NCBI GenBank assembly: GCA_032718475.1
Contig: JAUCBJ010003506.1
Span: forward strand, 3,547 to 67,546
DNA: 64,000 nt
Direction of reading: 5' to 3'
From: Nemertoderma westbladi
Lineage: Eukaryota; Animalia; Xenacoelomorpha
This document shows, in pieces, positions 36,601 to 54,600 of this stretch (positions are counted from its first letter, which is position 1; each line of letters opens with the position of its first letter). The position numbers and the translations under genes are program-made. The notes under the pieces are model-generated. The model was not told the origin of the DNA and made no database searches. It saw only the letters and a program-made list of their open reading frames with translations.

Positions 36601-39600
36601 TTGTTGTCTCACACTACCATTATAATTGTATCACACTACAGTATTTATTGTTGTCTCGCACTAACATTACTATTGTCTCACACTACCATGATTATTGTCT
36701 CACACTACCATTATAATTGTATCACACAACCATTATAATTGTATCACACAACCATTATAATTGTATCACACTACAGTAATTATTGTTGTCTCACACTACC
36801 ATTATAATTGTATCACACAACCATTATAATTGTCTCACACTACCATTATTATTGTCTCACACTACCATTATAATTGTATCACACTACCATTATTATTGTC
36901 TCACACTACCATTATAATTGTATCACTCTACAGTATTTATTGTTGTCTCGCACTAACATTACTATTGTCTCACACTACCATGATTATTGTCTCACACCAC
37001 CATTATAATTGTATCACACAACCATTATAATTGTATCACACAACCATTATAATTGTATCACAGTACAGTAATTATTGTTGTCTCACACTACCATTATAAT
37101 TGTATCACACTACAGTATTTATTGTTGTCTCGCACTAACATTACTATTGTCTCACACTACCATGATTATTGTCTCACACTACCATTATAATTGTATCACA
37201 CAACCATTATAATTGTATCACACAACCATTATAATTGTATCACACTACAGTTATTATTGTCTCACACTACCATTATTATTGTCTCACACTACCATTATTA
37301 TTGTCTCACACTACCATTATTATTGCTCACACTACAATTATTATTGTCTCACACTACCATTATAATTGTATCACACTACAGTTATTATTGTTGTCTCGCA
37401 AAACCATCATTATTGCCCACAGTACAATTATTATTGTCTCACACTACCAAAATAATTGTGTCACACTACAGTAATTATTGTTGTCTCGCACTGCCATTAT
37501 TATTATCTCATACTACCATTATTATTGTCTCACACTACCATTATTATTGTCTCACACTACAATTATTATTGTCTCACACTACCATTATAATTGTATCACA
37601 CTACCATTATTATTATCTCACACTACCATTATTATTGTCTCACACTACCATTATAATTGTCTCGCACTACCATTATTGTTGTCTCACACTACCATTATGT
37701 ATTGTCTCACACTACCATTATTATTGTCTCACACTACCATTATAATTGTCTTACACTACCATTATTATTGTCTCACATTACCATTATTATTGTCTCACAC
37801 TACCATTATAATTGTATAACACAACCATTATAATTGTATCACACAACCATTATAATTGTATCACACTACAGTTATTATTGTCTCACACTACCATTATTAT
37901 TGTCTCACACTACCCTTATAATTGTATCACACTACAGTATTTATTGCTGTCTCGCACTAACATTACTATTGTCTCACACTACCATGATTATTGTCTCACA
38001 CTACCATTATAATTGTATCACACAACCATTATAATTGTATCACACAACCGTTATAATTGTATGACACTACAGTAATTATTGTTGTCTCACACTACCATTA
38101 TAATTGTATCACACTACAGTATTTATTGTTGTCTCGCACTAACATTACTATTGTTTCACACTACCATTATAATTGTATCACACAACCATTATAATTGTAT
38201 CACACAACCATTATAATTGTATCACACTACCATTATTATTGTCTCACACTACAATTATTATTGTCCCACACTACCATTTGTATTGTCTCACACTATCATT
38301 ATAATTGTATCACACTACAGTATTTATTGTTGTCTCGCACTAACATTACTATTGTCTCACACTACCATTATTATTGTCTCACACTACAATTATTATTGTC
38401 CCACACTACCATTTGTATTGTCTCACACTATCATTATAATTGTATCACACTACAGTATTTATTGTTGTCTCGCACTAACATTACTATTGTCTCACACTAC
38501 CATGATTATTGTCTCACACTACCATTATAATTGTATCACACAACCATTATAATTGTATTACACAACCATTATAATTGTATCACACTACAGTAATTTTTGT
38601 TGTCTCACACTACCATTATAATTGTATCACACTACAGTATTTATTGTTGTCTCGCACTAACATTACTATTGTCTCACACTACCATGATTATTGTCTCACA
38701 CTACCATTATAATTGTATCACACAACCATTATAATTGTATCACACAACCATTATAATTGTATCACACTACAGTAATTATTGTTGTCTCACACTACCATTA
38801 TAATTGTATCACACAACCATTATAATTGTCTCACACTACCATTATTATTGTCTCACACTACCATTATAATTGTATCACACTACCATTATTATTGTCTCAC
38901 ACTACCATTATAATTGTATCACTCTACAGTATTTATTGTTGTCTCGCACTAACATTACTATTGTCTCACACTACCATGATTATTGTCTCACACCACCATT
39001 ATAATTGTATCACACAACCATTATAATTGTATCACACAACCATTATAATTGTATCACAGTACAGTAATTATTGTTGTCTCACACTACCATTATAATTGTA
39101 TCACACTACAGTATTTATTGTTGTCTCGCACTAACATTACTATTGTCTCACACTACCATGATTATTGTCTCACACTACCATTATAATTGTATCACACAAC
39201 CATTATAATTGTATCACACAACCATTATAATTGTATCACACTACAGTTATTATTGTCTCACACTACCATTATTATTGTCTCACACTACCATTATTATTGT
39301 CTCACACTACCATTATTATTGCTCACACTACAATTATTATTGTCTCACACTACCATTATAATTGTATCACACTACAGTTATTATTGTTGTCTCGCAAAAC
39401 CATCATTATTGCCCACAGTACAATTATTATTGTCTCACACTACCAAAATAATTGTGTCACACTACAGTAATTATTGTTGTCTCGCACTGCCATTATTATT
39501 ATCTCATACTACCATTATTATTGTCTCACACTACCATTATTATTGTCTCACACTACAATTATTATTGTCTCACACTACCATTATAATTGTATCACACTAC

Positions 39601-42600
39601 CATTATTATTATCTCACACTACCATTATTATTGTCTCACACTACCATTATAATTGTCTCGCACTACCATTATTGTTGTCTCACACTACCATTATGTATTG
39701 TCTCACACTACCATTATTATTGTCTCACACTACCATTATAATTGTCTTACACTACCATTATTATTGTCTCACATTACCATTATTATTGTCTCACACTACC
39801 ATTATAATTGTATAACACAACCATTATAATTGTATCACACAACCATTATAATTGTATCACACTACAGTTATTATTGTCTCACACTACCATTATTATTGTC
39901 TCACACTACCCTTATAATTGTATCACACTACAGTATTTATTGCTGTCTCGCACTAACATTACTATTGTCTCACACTACCATGATTATTGTCTCACACTAC
40001 CATTATAATTGTATCACACAACCATTATAATTGTATCACACAACCGTTATAATTGTATGACACTACAGTAATTATTGTTGTCTCACACTACCATTATAAT
40101 TGTATCACACTACAGTATTTATTGTTGTCTCGCACTAACATTACTATTGTTTCACACTACCATTATAATTGTATCACACAACCATTATAATTGTATCACA
40201 CAACCATTATAATTGTATCACACTACCATTATTATTGTCTCACACTACAATTATTATTGTCCCACACTACCATTTGTATTGTCTCACACTATCATTATAA
40301 TTGTATCACACTACAGTATTTATTGTTGTCTCGCACTAACATTACTATTGTCTCACACTACCATTATTATTGTCTCACACTACAATTATTATTGTCCCAC
40401 ACTACCATTTGTATTGTCTCACACTATCATTATAATTGTATCACACTACAGTATTTATTGTTGTCTCGCACTAACATTACTATTGTCTCACACTACCATG
40501 ATTATTGTCTCACACTACCATTATAATTGTATCACACAACCATTATAATTGTATTACACAACCATTATAATTGTATCACACTACAGTAATTTTTGTTGTC
40601 TCACACTACCATTATAATTGTATCACACTACAGTATTTATTGTTGTCTCGCACTAACATTACTATTGTCTCACACTACCATGATTATTGTCTCACACTAC
40701 CATTATAATTGTATCACACAACCATTATAATTGTATCACACAACCATTATAATTGTATCACACTACAGTAATTATTGTTGTCTCACACTACCATTATAAT
40801 TGTATCACACAACCATTATAATTGTCTCACACTACCATTATTATTGTCTCACACTACCATTATAATTGTATCACACTACCATTATTATTGTCTCACACTA
40901 CCATTATAATTGTATCACTCTACAGTATTTATTGTTGTCTCGCACTAACATTACTATTGTCTCACACTACCATGATTATTGTCTCACACCACCATTATAA
41001 TTGTATCACACAACCATTATAATTGTATCACACAACCATTATAATTGTATCACAGTACAGTAATTATTGTTGTCTCACACTACCATTATAATTGTATCAC
41101 ACTACAGTATTTATTGTTGTCTCGCACTAACATTACTATTGTCTCACACTACCATGATTATTGTCTCACACTACCATTATAATTGTATCACACAACCATT
41201 ATAATTGTATCACACAACCATTATAATTGTATCACACTACAGTTATTATTGTCTCACACTACCATTATTATTGTCTCACACTACCATTATTATTGTCTCA
41301 CACTACCATTATTATTGCTCACACTACAATTATTATTGTCTCACACTACCATTATAATTGTATCACACTACAGTTATTATTGTTGTCTCGCAAAACCATC
41401 ATTATTGCCCACAGTACAATTATTATTGTCTCACACTACCAAAATAATTGTGTCACACTACAGTAATTATTGTTGTCTCGCACTGCCATTATTATTATCT
41501 CATACTACCATTATTATTGTCTCACACTACCATTATTATTGTCTCACACTACAATTATTATTGTCTCACACTACCATTATAATTGTATCACACTACCATT
41601 ATTATTATCTCACACTACCATTATTATTGTCTCACACTACCATTATAATTGTCTCGCACTACCATTATTGTTGTCTCACACTACCATTATGTATTGTCTC
41701 ACACTACCATTATTATTGTCTCACACTACCATTATAATTGTCTTACACTACCATTATTATTGTCTCACATTACCATTATTATTGTCTCACACTACCATTA
41801 TAATTGTATAACACAACCATTATAATTGTATCACACAACCATTATAATTGTATCACACTACAGTTATTATTGTCTCACACTACCATTATTATTGTCTCAC
41901 ACTACCCTTATAATTGTATCACACTACAGTATTTATTGCTGTCTCGCACTAACATTACTATTGTCTCACACTACCATGATTATTGTCTCACACTACCATT
42001 ATAATTGTATCACACAACCATTATAATTGTATCACACAACCGTTATAATTGTATGACACTACAGTAATTATTGTTGTCTCACACTACCATTATAATTGTA
42101 TCACACTACAGTATTTATTGTTGTCTCGCACTAACATTACTATTGTTTCACACTACCATTATAATTGTATCACACAACCATTATAATTGTATCACACAAC
42201 CATTATAATTGTATCACACTACCATTATTATTGTCTCACACTACAATTATTATTGTCCCACACTACCATTTGTATTGTCTCACACTATCATTATAATTGT
42301 ATCACACTACAGTATTTATTGTTGTCTCGCACTAACATTACTATTGTCTCACACTACCATTATTATTGTCTCACACTACAATTATTATTGTCCCACACTA
42401 CCATTTGTATTGTCTCACACTATCATTATAATTGTATCACACTACAGTATTTATTGTTGTCTCGCACTAACATTACTATTGTCTCACACTACCATGATTA
42501 TTGTCTCACACTACCATTATAATTGTATCACACAACCATTATAATTGTATCACACAACCATTATAATTGTATCACACTACAGTAATTATTGTTGTCTCAC

Positions 42601-45600
42601 AATACCATTATAATTGTATCACACTACTGTATTTATTGTTGTCTCGCACTAACATTACTATTGTCTCACACTACCATTATAATTGTATCACACAACCATT
42701 ATAATTGTATCACACAACCATTATAATTGTCTCACACTACCATTATTATTGTCTCACACTACCATTATAATTGTATCACACTACCATTATTATTGTCTCA
42801 CACTACCATTATAATTGTATCACACTACAGTATTTATTGTTGTCTCGCACTAACATTACTATTGTCTCACACTACCGTGATTATTGTCTCACACTACCAT
42901 TATAATTGTATCACACAACCTTTATAATTGTATCACACAACCATTATAATTGTATCACACTACAGTAATTATTGTTGTCTCACACTACCATTATAATTGT
43001 ATCACACTACAGTATTTATTGTTGTCTCACACTAACATTACTATTGTCTCACACTACCATGATTATTGTCTCACACTACCATTATAATTGTATCACACAA
43101 CCATTATAATTGTATCACACAACCATTATAATTGTATCACACTACAGTATTTATTGTTGTCTCGCACTAACATTACTATTGTCTCACACTACCATGATTA
43201 TTGTTTCACACTACCATTATAATTGTATCACACAACCATTATAATTGTATCACACAACCATTATAATTGTATCACACTACAGTAATTATTGTTGTCTCAC
43301 ACTACCATTATAATTGTATCACACTACAGTATTTATTGTTGTCTCGCACTAACATTACTATTGTCTCACACTACCATTATAATTGTATCACACAACCATT
43401 ATAATTGTATCACACAACCATTATAATTGTATCACACTACCATTATTATTGTCTCACACTACAATTATTATTGTCCCACACTACCATTTGTATTGTCTCA
43501 CACTATCATTATAATTGTATCACACTACAGTAATTATTGTTGTCTCGCACTACCATAAGTATTGTCTCACACTACCATGATTATTGTCTCACACTACCAT
43601 TATAATGGTATCACATTACAGTAATTATTGTTGTCTCACACTACCATTATTTATTGTCTCACACTACCATTATTATTATCTCACACTGCCATTATTATTG
43701 CTCACACTACAATTATTATTGTCTCACATTACCATTATTATTGTCTCACACTACAATTATTATTGTCTCACACTACCATTATAATTGTATCACACTACAG
43801 TAATTATTGTTGTCTCACACTACCATTATTTATTGTCTCACACTACCATTATTATTATCTCACACTACCATTATTATTGCTCACACTACAATTATTATTG
43901 TCTCACATTACCATTATTATTGTCTCACACTACAATTATTACTGTCTCACACTACCATTATAATTGTATCACACTGCTGTAATTATTGTTGTCTCGCACT
44001 GCCATTATTATTATCTCACACTACCATTATTATTGTCTCACACTACAATTATTATTGTCTCACATTACCATTATAATTGTATCACACTACAGTAATTATT
44101 ATTGTCTCACACTACCATTATTATTATCTCACACTACCATTATTATTGTCTCACACTACCATTATTATTGTCTCACACGACCATTATTATTGCTCACACT
44201 ACAATTATTATTGTCTCACCCTACCATTATTATTGTCTCACACTACCATTATTATTGCTCACACTACAATTATTATTGTCTCACACTACCATTATAATTG
44301 TATCACACTACAGTTATTATTGTTGTCTCGCAAAACCATCATTATTGCCCACAGTACAATTATTATTGTCTCACACTACCAAAATAATTGTGTCACACTA
44401 CAGTAATTATTGTTGTCTCGCACTGCCATTATTATTATCTCACACTACCATTATTATTGTCTCACACTACCATTATTATTGCTCACACTGCAATTGTTAT
44501 TGTCTCACATTACCATTATTATTGTATCACACTACAGTTATTATTGTTGTCTCGCAAAACCATCATTATTGCCCACAGTACAATTATTATTGTCTCACAC
44601 TACCAAAATAATTGTGTCACACTACAGTAATTATTGTTGTCTCGCACTGCCATTATTATTATCTCATACTACCATTATTATTGTCTCACACTACCATTAT
44701 TATTGTCTCACACTACAATTATTATTGTCTCACACTACCATTATAATTGTATCACACTACCATTATTATTATCTCACACTACCATTATTATTGTCTCACA
44801 CTACCATTATAATTGTCTCGCACTACCATTATTGTTGTCTCACACTACCATTATGTATTGTCTCACACTACCATTATTATTGTCTCACACTACCATTATA
44901 ATTGTCTTACACTACCATTATTATTGTCTCACATTACCATTATTATTGTCTCACACTACCATTATAATTGTATAACACAACCATTATAATTGTATCACAC
45001 AACCATTATAATTGTATCACACTACAGTTATTATTGTCTCACACTACCATTATTATTGTCTCACACTACCCTTATAATTGTATCACACTACAGTATTTAT
45101 TGTTGTCTCGCACTAACATTACTATTGTCTCACACTACCATGATTATTGTCTCACACTACCATTATAATTGTATCACACAACCATTATAATTGTATCACA
45201 TTACCATTATTATTGTCTCACACTACCATTATTATTGTCTCACACTACCATTATAATTGTATCACACTACCATTATTATTGTCTCACACTACCATTATAA
45301 TTGTATCACACTACAGTATTTATTGTTGTCTCGCACTAACATTACTATTGTCTCACACTACCATGATTATTGTCTCACACTACCATTATAATTGTATCAC
45401 ACAACCTTTATAATTGTATTACACAACCATTATAATTGTATCACACTACAGTAATTATTGTTGTCTCACACTACCATTATAATTGTATCACACTACAGTA
45501 TTTATTGTTGTCTCGCACTAACATTACTATTGTCTCACACTACCATGATTATTGTCTCACACTACCATTATAATTGTATCACACAACCATTATAATTGTA

Positions 45601-48600
45601 TCACACAACCATTATAATTGTATCACACTACATTTATTATTGTCTCAAACTACCATTATTATTGTCTCACACTACCATTATAATTGTATCACACTACAGT
45701 ATTTATTGCTGTCTCGCACTAACATTACTATTGTCTCACACTACCATGATTATTGTCTCACACTACCATTATAATTGTATCACACAACCATTATAATTGT
45801 ATCACACAACCATTATAATTGTATCACACTACAGTAATTATTGTTGTCTCACACTACCATTATAATTGTATCACACTACAGTATTTATTGTTGTCTCGCA
45901 CTAACATTACTATTGTTTCACACTACCATTATAATTGTATCACACAACCATTATAATTGTATCACACAACCATTATAATTGTATCACACTACCATTATTA
46001 TTGTCTCACACTACAATTATTATTGTCCCACACTACCATTTGTATTGTCTCACACTATCATTATAATTGTATCACACTACAGTATTTATTGTTGTCTCGC
46101 ACTAACATTACTATTGTCTCACACTACCATGATTATTGTCTCACACTACCATTATAATTGTATCACACAACCATTATAATTGTATCACACAACCATTATA
46201 ATTGTATCACACTACAGTAATTATTGTTGTCTCACAATACCATTATAATTGTATCACACTACAGTATTTATTGTTGTCTCGCACTAACATTACTATTGTC
46301 TCACACTACCATTATAATTGTATCACACAACCATTATAATTGTATCACACAACCATTATAATTGTCTCACACTACCATTATTATTGTCTCACACTACCAT
46401 TATAATTGTATCACACTACCATTATTATTGTCTCACACTACCATTATAATTGTATCACTCTACAATATTTATTGTTGTCTCGCACTAACATTACTATTGT
46501 CTCACACTACCATGATTATTGTCTCACACTACCATTATAATTGTATCACACAACCATTATAATTGTATCACACAACCATTATAATTGTATCACACTACAG
46601 TAATTATTATTGTCTCACACTACCATTATAATTGTATCACTCTACAGTATTTATTGTTGTCTCGCACTAACATTACTATTGTCTCACACTACCATGATTA
46701 TTGTCTCACACTACCATTATAATTGTATCACACAACCATTATAATTGTATCACACAACCATTATAATTGTATCACACTACAGTAATTATTGTTGTCTCAC
46801 AATACCATTATAATTGTATCACACTACAGTATTTATTGTTGTCTCGCACTAACATTACTATTGTCTCACACTACCATTATAATTGTATCACACAACCATT
46901 ATAATTGTATCACACAACCATTATAATTGTCTCACACTACCATTATTATTGTCTCACACTACCATTATAATTGTATCACACTACCATTATTATTGTCTCA
47001 CACTACCATTATAATTGTATCACTCTACAATATTTATTGTTGTCTCGCACTAACATTACTATTGTCTCACACTACCATGATTATTGTCTCACACTACCAT
47101 TATAATTGTATCACACAACCATTATAATTGTATCACACAACCATTATAATTGTATCACACTACAGTAATTATTGTTGTCTCACACTACCATTATAATTGT
47201 ATCACACTACAGTATTTATTGTTGTCTCGCACTAACATTACTATTGTCTCACACTACCATGATTATTGTCTCACACTACCATTATAATTGTATCACACAA
47301 CCATTATAATTGTATCACACAACCATTATAATTGTATCACACTACAGTAATTATTGTTGTCTCACACTACCATTATAATTGTATCACACAACCATTATAA
47401 TTGTCTCACACTACCATTATTATTGTCTCACACTACCATTATAATTGTATCACACTACCATTATTATTGTCTCACACTACCATTATAATTGTATCACTCT
47501 ACAGTATTTATTGTTGTCTCGCACTAACATTACTATTGTCTCACACTACCATGATTATTGTCTCACACTACCATTATAATTGTATCACACAACCATTATA
47601 ATTGTATCACACAACCATTATAATTGTATCACAGTACAGTAATTATTGTTGTCTCACACTACCATTATAATTGTATCACACTACAGTATTTATTGTTGTC
47701 TCGCACTAACATTACTATTGTCTCACACTACCATGATTATTGTCTCACACTACCATTATAATTGTATCACACAACCATTATAATTGTATCACACAACCAT
47801 TATAATTGTCTCACACTACTATTATTATTGTCTCACACTACCATTATAATTGTATCACACTACCATTATTATTGTCTCACACTACCATTATAATTGTATC
47901 ACTCTACAATATTTATTGTTGTCTCGCACTAACATTACTATTGTCTCACACTACCATGATTATTGTCTCACACTACCATTATAATTGTATCACACAACCA
48001 TTATAATTGTATCACACAACCATTATAATTGTATCACACTACAGTAATTATTGTTGTCTCACACTACCATTATAATTGTATCACACTACAGTATTTATTG
48101 TTGTCTCGCACTAACATTACTATTGTCTCACACTACCATGATTATTGTCTCACATTACCATTATAATTGTATCACACAACCATTATAATTGTATCACACA
48201 ACCATTATAATTGTATCACACTACAGTAATTATTGTTGTCTCACACTACCATTATAATTGTATCACACAACCATTATAATTGTCTCACACTACCATTATT
48301 ATTGTCTCACACTACCATTATAATTGTATCACACTACCATTATTATTGTCTCACACTACCATTATAATTGTATCACTCTACAGTATTTATTGTTGTCTCG
48401 CACTAACATTACTATTGTCTCACACTACCATGATTATTGTCTCACACTACCATTATAATTGTATCACACAACCATTATAATTGTATCACACAACCATTAT
48501 AATTGTATCACAGTACAGTAATTATTGTTGTCTCACACTACCATTATAATTGTATCACACTACAGTATTTATTGTTGTCTCGCACTAACATTACTATTGT

Positions 48601-51600
48601 CTCACACTACCATGATTATTGTCTCACACTACCATTATAATTGTATCACACAACCATTATAATTGTATCACACAACCATTATAATTGTATCACACTACAG
48701 TTATTATTGTCTCACACTACCATTATTATTGTCTCACACTACCATTATTATTGCTCACACTACAATTATTATTGTCTCACACTACCATTATAATTGTATC
48801 ACACTACAGTTATTATTGTTACCATTATTATTGTCTCACACTACCATTATTATTGCTCACACTACAATTATTATTGTCTCACACTACCATTATAATTGTA
48901 TCACACTACAGTTATTATTGTTGTCTCGCAAAACCATCATTATTGCCCACAGTACAATTATTATTGTCTCACACTACCAAAATAATTGTGTCACACTACA
49001 GTAATTATTGTTGTCTCGCACTGCCATTATTATTATCTCACACTACCATTATTATTGTCTCACACTACCATTATTATTGCTCACACTACAATTGTTATTG
49101 TCTCACATTACCATTATTATTGTATCACACTACAGTTATTATTGTTGTCTCGCAAAACCATCATTATTGCCCACAGTACAATTATTATTGTCTCACACTA
49201 CCAAAATAATTTTGTCACACTACAGTAATTATTGTTGTCTCGCACTGCCATTATTATTATCTCACACTACCATTATTATTGTCCCACACTACCATTATTA
49301 TTGCTCACACTACAATTATTATTGTCTCACACTACCATTATAATTGTATCACACTACCATTATTATTATCTCACACTACCATTATTATTGTCTCACACTA
49401 CCATTATAATTGTCTCGCACTACCATTATTATTGTCTCACACTACCATTATTTATTGTCTCACACTACCATTATTATTGTCTCACACTACCATTATAATT
49501 GTCTCGCACTACCATTATTATTGTCTCACACTACCATTATTTATTGTCTCACACTACCATTATTATTATCTCACACTACCATTATTATTGTCTCACACTA
49601 CAATTATTATTGTATCACACTACCATTATTATTATCTCACACTACCATTATTATTGTCTCGCACTACCATTATTATTGCTCACAGTACAATTATTATTGT
49701 CTCACACTACCATTATTTATTGTCTCACACTACCATTATTATTATCTCACACTACCATTATTATTGTCCCACACAACCATTATTATTGCTCACACTACAA
49801 TTATTATTGTATCACACTACCATTATTATTGTCTCACACTATTATTATATTTGTATCACACTACAGTAATTATTGTTGTCTGGCACTGCCATTAGTATTG
49901 TCTCACACTACCATTATTATCGTCTCACACTACCATTATTATCGTCTCACACTACCATTATAATTGTATCACTCTACCATTATTATTGTCTCACACTATC
50001 ATTATAATTGTATCACACTACAGTAATTATTGTTGTATCACACAACCATTATAATTGTATCACACTACAGTAATTATTGTTGTCTCACACTACCATTATA
50101 ATTGTATCACACTACAGTATTTATTGTTGTCTCGCACTAACATTACTATTGTCTCACACTACCATGATTATTGTCTCACACTACCATTATAATTGTATCA
50201 CACAACCATTATAATTGTATCACACAACCATTATAATTGTATCACACTACAGTAATTATTGTTGTCTCACACTACCATTATAATTGTATCACACAACCAT
50301 TATAATTGTCTCACACTACCATTATTATTGTCTCGCACTAACATTACTATTGTCTCACACTACCATGATTATTGTCTCACACTACCATTATAATTGTATC
50401 ACACAACCATTATAATTGTATCACACAACCATTATAATTGTATCACACTACAGTAATTATTGTTGTCTCACAATACCATTATAATTGTATCACACTACTG
50501 TATTTATTGTTGTCTCGCACTAACATTACTATTGTCTCACACTACCATTATAATTGTATCACACAACCATTATAATTGTATCACACAACCATTATAATTG
50601 TCTCACACTACCATTATTATTGTCTCACACTACCATTATAATTGTATCACACTACCATTATTATTGTCTCACACTACCATTATAATTGTATCACACTACA
50701 GTATTTATTGTTGTCTCGCACTAACATTACTATTGTCTCACACTACCGTGATTATTGTCTCACACTACCATTATAATTGTATCACACAACCTTTATAATT
50801 GTATCACACAACCATTATAATTGTATCACACTACAGTAATTATTGTTGTCTCACACTACCATTATAATTGTATCACACTACAGTATTTATTGTTGTCTCG
50901 CACTAACATTACTATTGTCTCACACTACCGTGATTATTGTCTCACACTACCATTATAATTGTATCACACAACCTTTATAATTGTATCACACAACCATTAT
51001 AATTGTATCACACTACAGTAATTATTGTTGTCTCACACTACCATTATAATTGTATCACACTACAGTATTTATTGTTGTCTCACACTAACATTACTATTGT
51101 CTCACACTACCATGATTATTGTCTCACACTACCATTATAATTGTATCACACAACCATTATAATTGTATCACACAACCATTATAATTGTATCACTCTACAG
51201 TATTTATTGTTGTCTCGCACTAACATTACTATTGTCTCACACTACCATGATTATTGTCTCACACTACCATTATAATTGTATCACACAACCATTATAATTG
51301 TATCACACAACCATTATAATTGTATCACAGTACAGTAATTATTGTTGTCTCACACTACCATTATAATTGTATCACACTACAGTATTTATTGTTGTCTCGC
51401 ACTAACATTACTATTGTCTCACACTACCATGATTATTGTCTCACACTACCATTATAATTGTATCACACAACCATTATAATTGTATCACACAACCATTATA
51501 ATTGTCTCACACTACCATTATTATTGTCTCACACTACCATTATAATTGTATCACACTACCATTATTATTGTCTCACACTACCATTATAATTGTATCACTC

Positions 51601-54600
51601 TACAATATTTATTGTTGTCTCGCACTAACATTACTATTGTCTCACACTACCATGATTATTGTCTCACACTACCATTATAATTGTATCACACAACCATTAT
51701 AATTGTATCACACAACCATTATAATTGTATCACACTACAGTAATTATTGTTGTCTCACACTACCATTATAATTGTATCACACTACAGTATTTATTGTTGT
51801 CTCGCACTAACATTACTATTGTCTCACACTACCATGATTATTGTCTCACATTACCATTATAATTGTATCACACAACCATTATAATTGTATCACACTACAG
51901 TAATTATTGTTGTCTCACACTACCATTATAATTGTATCACACAACCATTATAATTGTCTCACACTACCATTATTATTGTCTCACACTACCATTATAATTG
52001 TATCACACTACCATTATTATTGTCTCACACTACCATTATAATTGTATCACTCTACAGTATTTATTGTTGTCTCGCACTAACATTACTATTGTCTCACACT
52101 ACCATGATTATTGTCTCACACTACCATTATAATTGTATCACACAACCATTATAATTGTATCACACAACCATTATAATTGTATCACAGTACAGTAATTATT
52201 GTTGTCTCACACTACCATTATAATTGTATCACACTACAGTATTTATTGTTGTCTCGCACTAACATTACTATTGTCTCACACTACCATGATTATTGTCTCA
52301 CACTACCATTATAATTGTATCACACAACCATTATAATTGTAACACACAACCATTATAATTGTATCACACTACAGTTATTATTGTCTCACACTACCATTAT
52401 TATTGTCTCACACTACCATTATTATTGCTCACACTACAATTATTATTGTCTCACACTACCATTATAATTGTATCACACTACAGTTATTATTGTTACCATT
52501 ATTATTGTCTCACACTACCATTATTATTGCTCACACTACAATTATTATTGTCTCACACTACCATTATAATTGTATCACACTACAGTTATTATTGTTGTCT
52601 CGCAAAACCATCATTATTGCCCACAGTACAATTATTATTGTCTCACACTACCAAAATAATTGTGTCACACTACAGTAATTATTGTTGTCTCGCACTGCCA
52701 TTATTATTATCTCACACTACCATTATTATTGTCTCACACTACCATTATTATTGCTCACACTACAATTGTTATTGTCTCACATTACCATTATTATTGTATC
52801 ACACTACAGTTATTATTGTTGTCTCGCAAAACCATCATTATTGCCCACAGTACAATTATTATTGTCTCACACTACCAAAATAATTTTGTCACACTACAGT
52901 AATTATTGTTGTCTCGCACTGCCATTATTATTATCTCACACTACCATTATTATTGTCCCACACTACCATTATTATTGCTCACACTACAATTATTATTGTC
53001 TCACACTACCATTATAATTGTATCACACTACCATTATTATTATCTCACACTACCATTATTATTGTCTCACACTACCATTATAATTGTCTCGCACTACCAT
53101 TATTATTGTCTCACACTACCATTATTTATTGTCTCACACTACCATTATTATTGTCTCACACTACCATTATAATTGTCTCGCACTACCATTATTATTGTCT
53201 CACACTACCATTATTTATTGTCTCACACTACCATTATTATTATCTCACACTACCATTATTATTGTCTCACACTACAATTATTATTGTATCACACTACCAT
53301 TATTATTATCTCACACTACCATTATTATTGTCTCGCACTACCATTATTATTGCTCACAGTACAATTATTATTGTCTCACACTACCATTATTTATTGTCTC
53401 ACACTACCATTATTATTATCTCACACTACCATTATTATTGTCCCACACAACCATTATTATTGCTCACACTACAATTATTATTGTATCACACTACCATTAT
53501 TATTGTCTCACACTATTATTATATTTGTATCACACTACAGTAATTATTGTTGTCTGGCACTGCCATTAGTATTGTCTCACACTACCATTATTATCGTCTC
53601 ACACTACCATTATTATCGTCTCACACTACCATTATAATTGTATCACTCTACCATTATTATTGTCTCACACTATCATTATAATTGTATCACACTACAGTAA
53701 TTATTGTTGTATCACACAACCATTATAATTGTATCACACTACAGTAATTATTGTTGTCTCACACTACCATTATAATTGTATCACACTACAGTATTTATTG
53801 TTGTCTCGCACTAACATTACTATTGTCTCACACTACCATGATTATTGTCTCACACTACCATTATAATTGTATCACACAACCATTATAATTGTATCACACA
53901 ACCATTATAATTGTATCACACTACAGTAATTATTGTTGTCTCACACTACCATTATAATTGTATCACACAACCATTATAATTGTCTCACACTACCATTATT
54001 ATTGTCTCGCACTAACATTACTATTGTCTCACACTACCATGATTATTGTCTCACACTACCATTATAATTGTATCACACAACCATTATAATTGTATCACAC
54101 AACCATTATAATTGTATCACACTACAGTAATTATTGTTGTCTCACAATACCATTATAATTGTATCACACTACTGTATTTATTGTTGTCTCGCACTAACAT
54201 TACTATTGTCTCACACTACCATTATAATTGTATCACACAACCATTATAATTGTATCACACAACCATTATAATTGTCTCACACTACCATTATTATTGTCTC
54301 ACACTACCATTATAATTGTATCACACTACCATTATTATTGTCTCACACTACCATTATAATTGTATCACACTACAGTATTTATTGTTGTCTCGCACTAACA
54401 TTACTATTGTCTCACACTACCGTGATTATTGTCTCACACTACCATTATAATTGTATCACACAACCTTTATAATTGTATCACACAACCATTATAATTGTAT
54501 CACACTACAGTAATTATTGTTGTCTCACACTACCATTATAATTGTATCACACTACAGTATTTATTGTTGTCTCACACTAACATTACTATTGTCTCACACT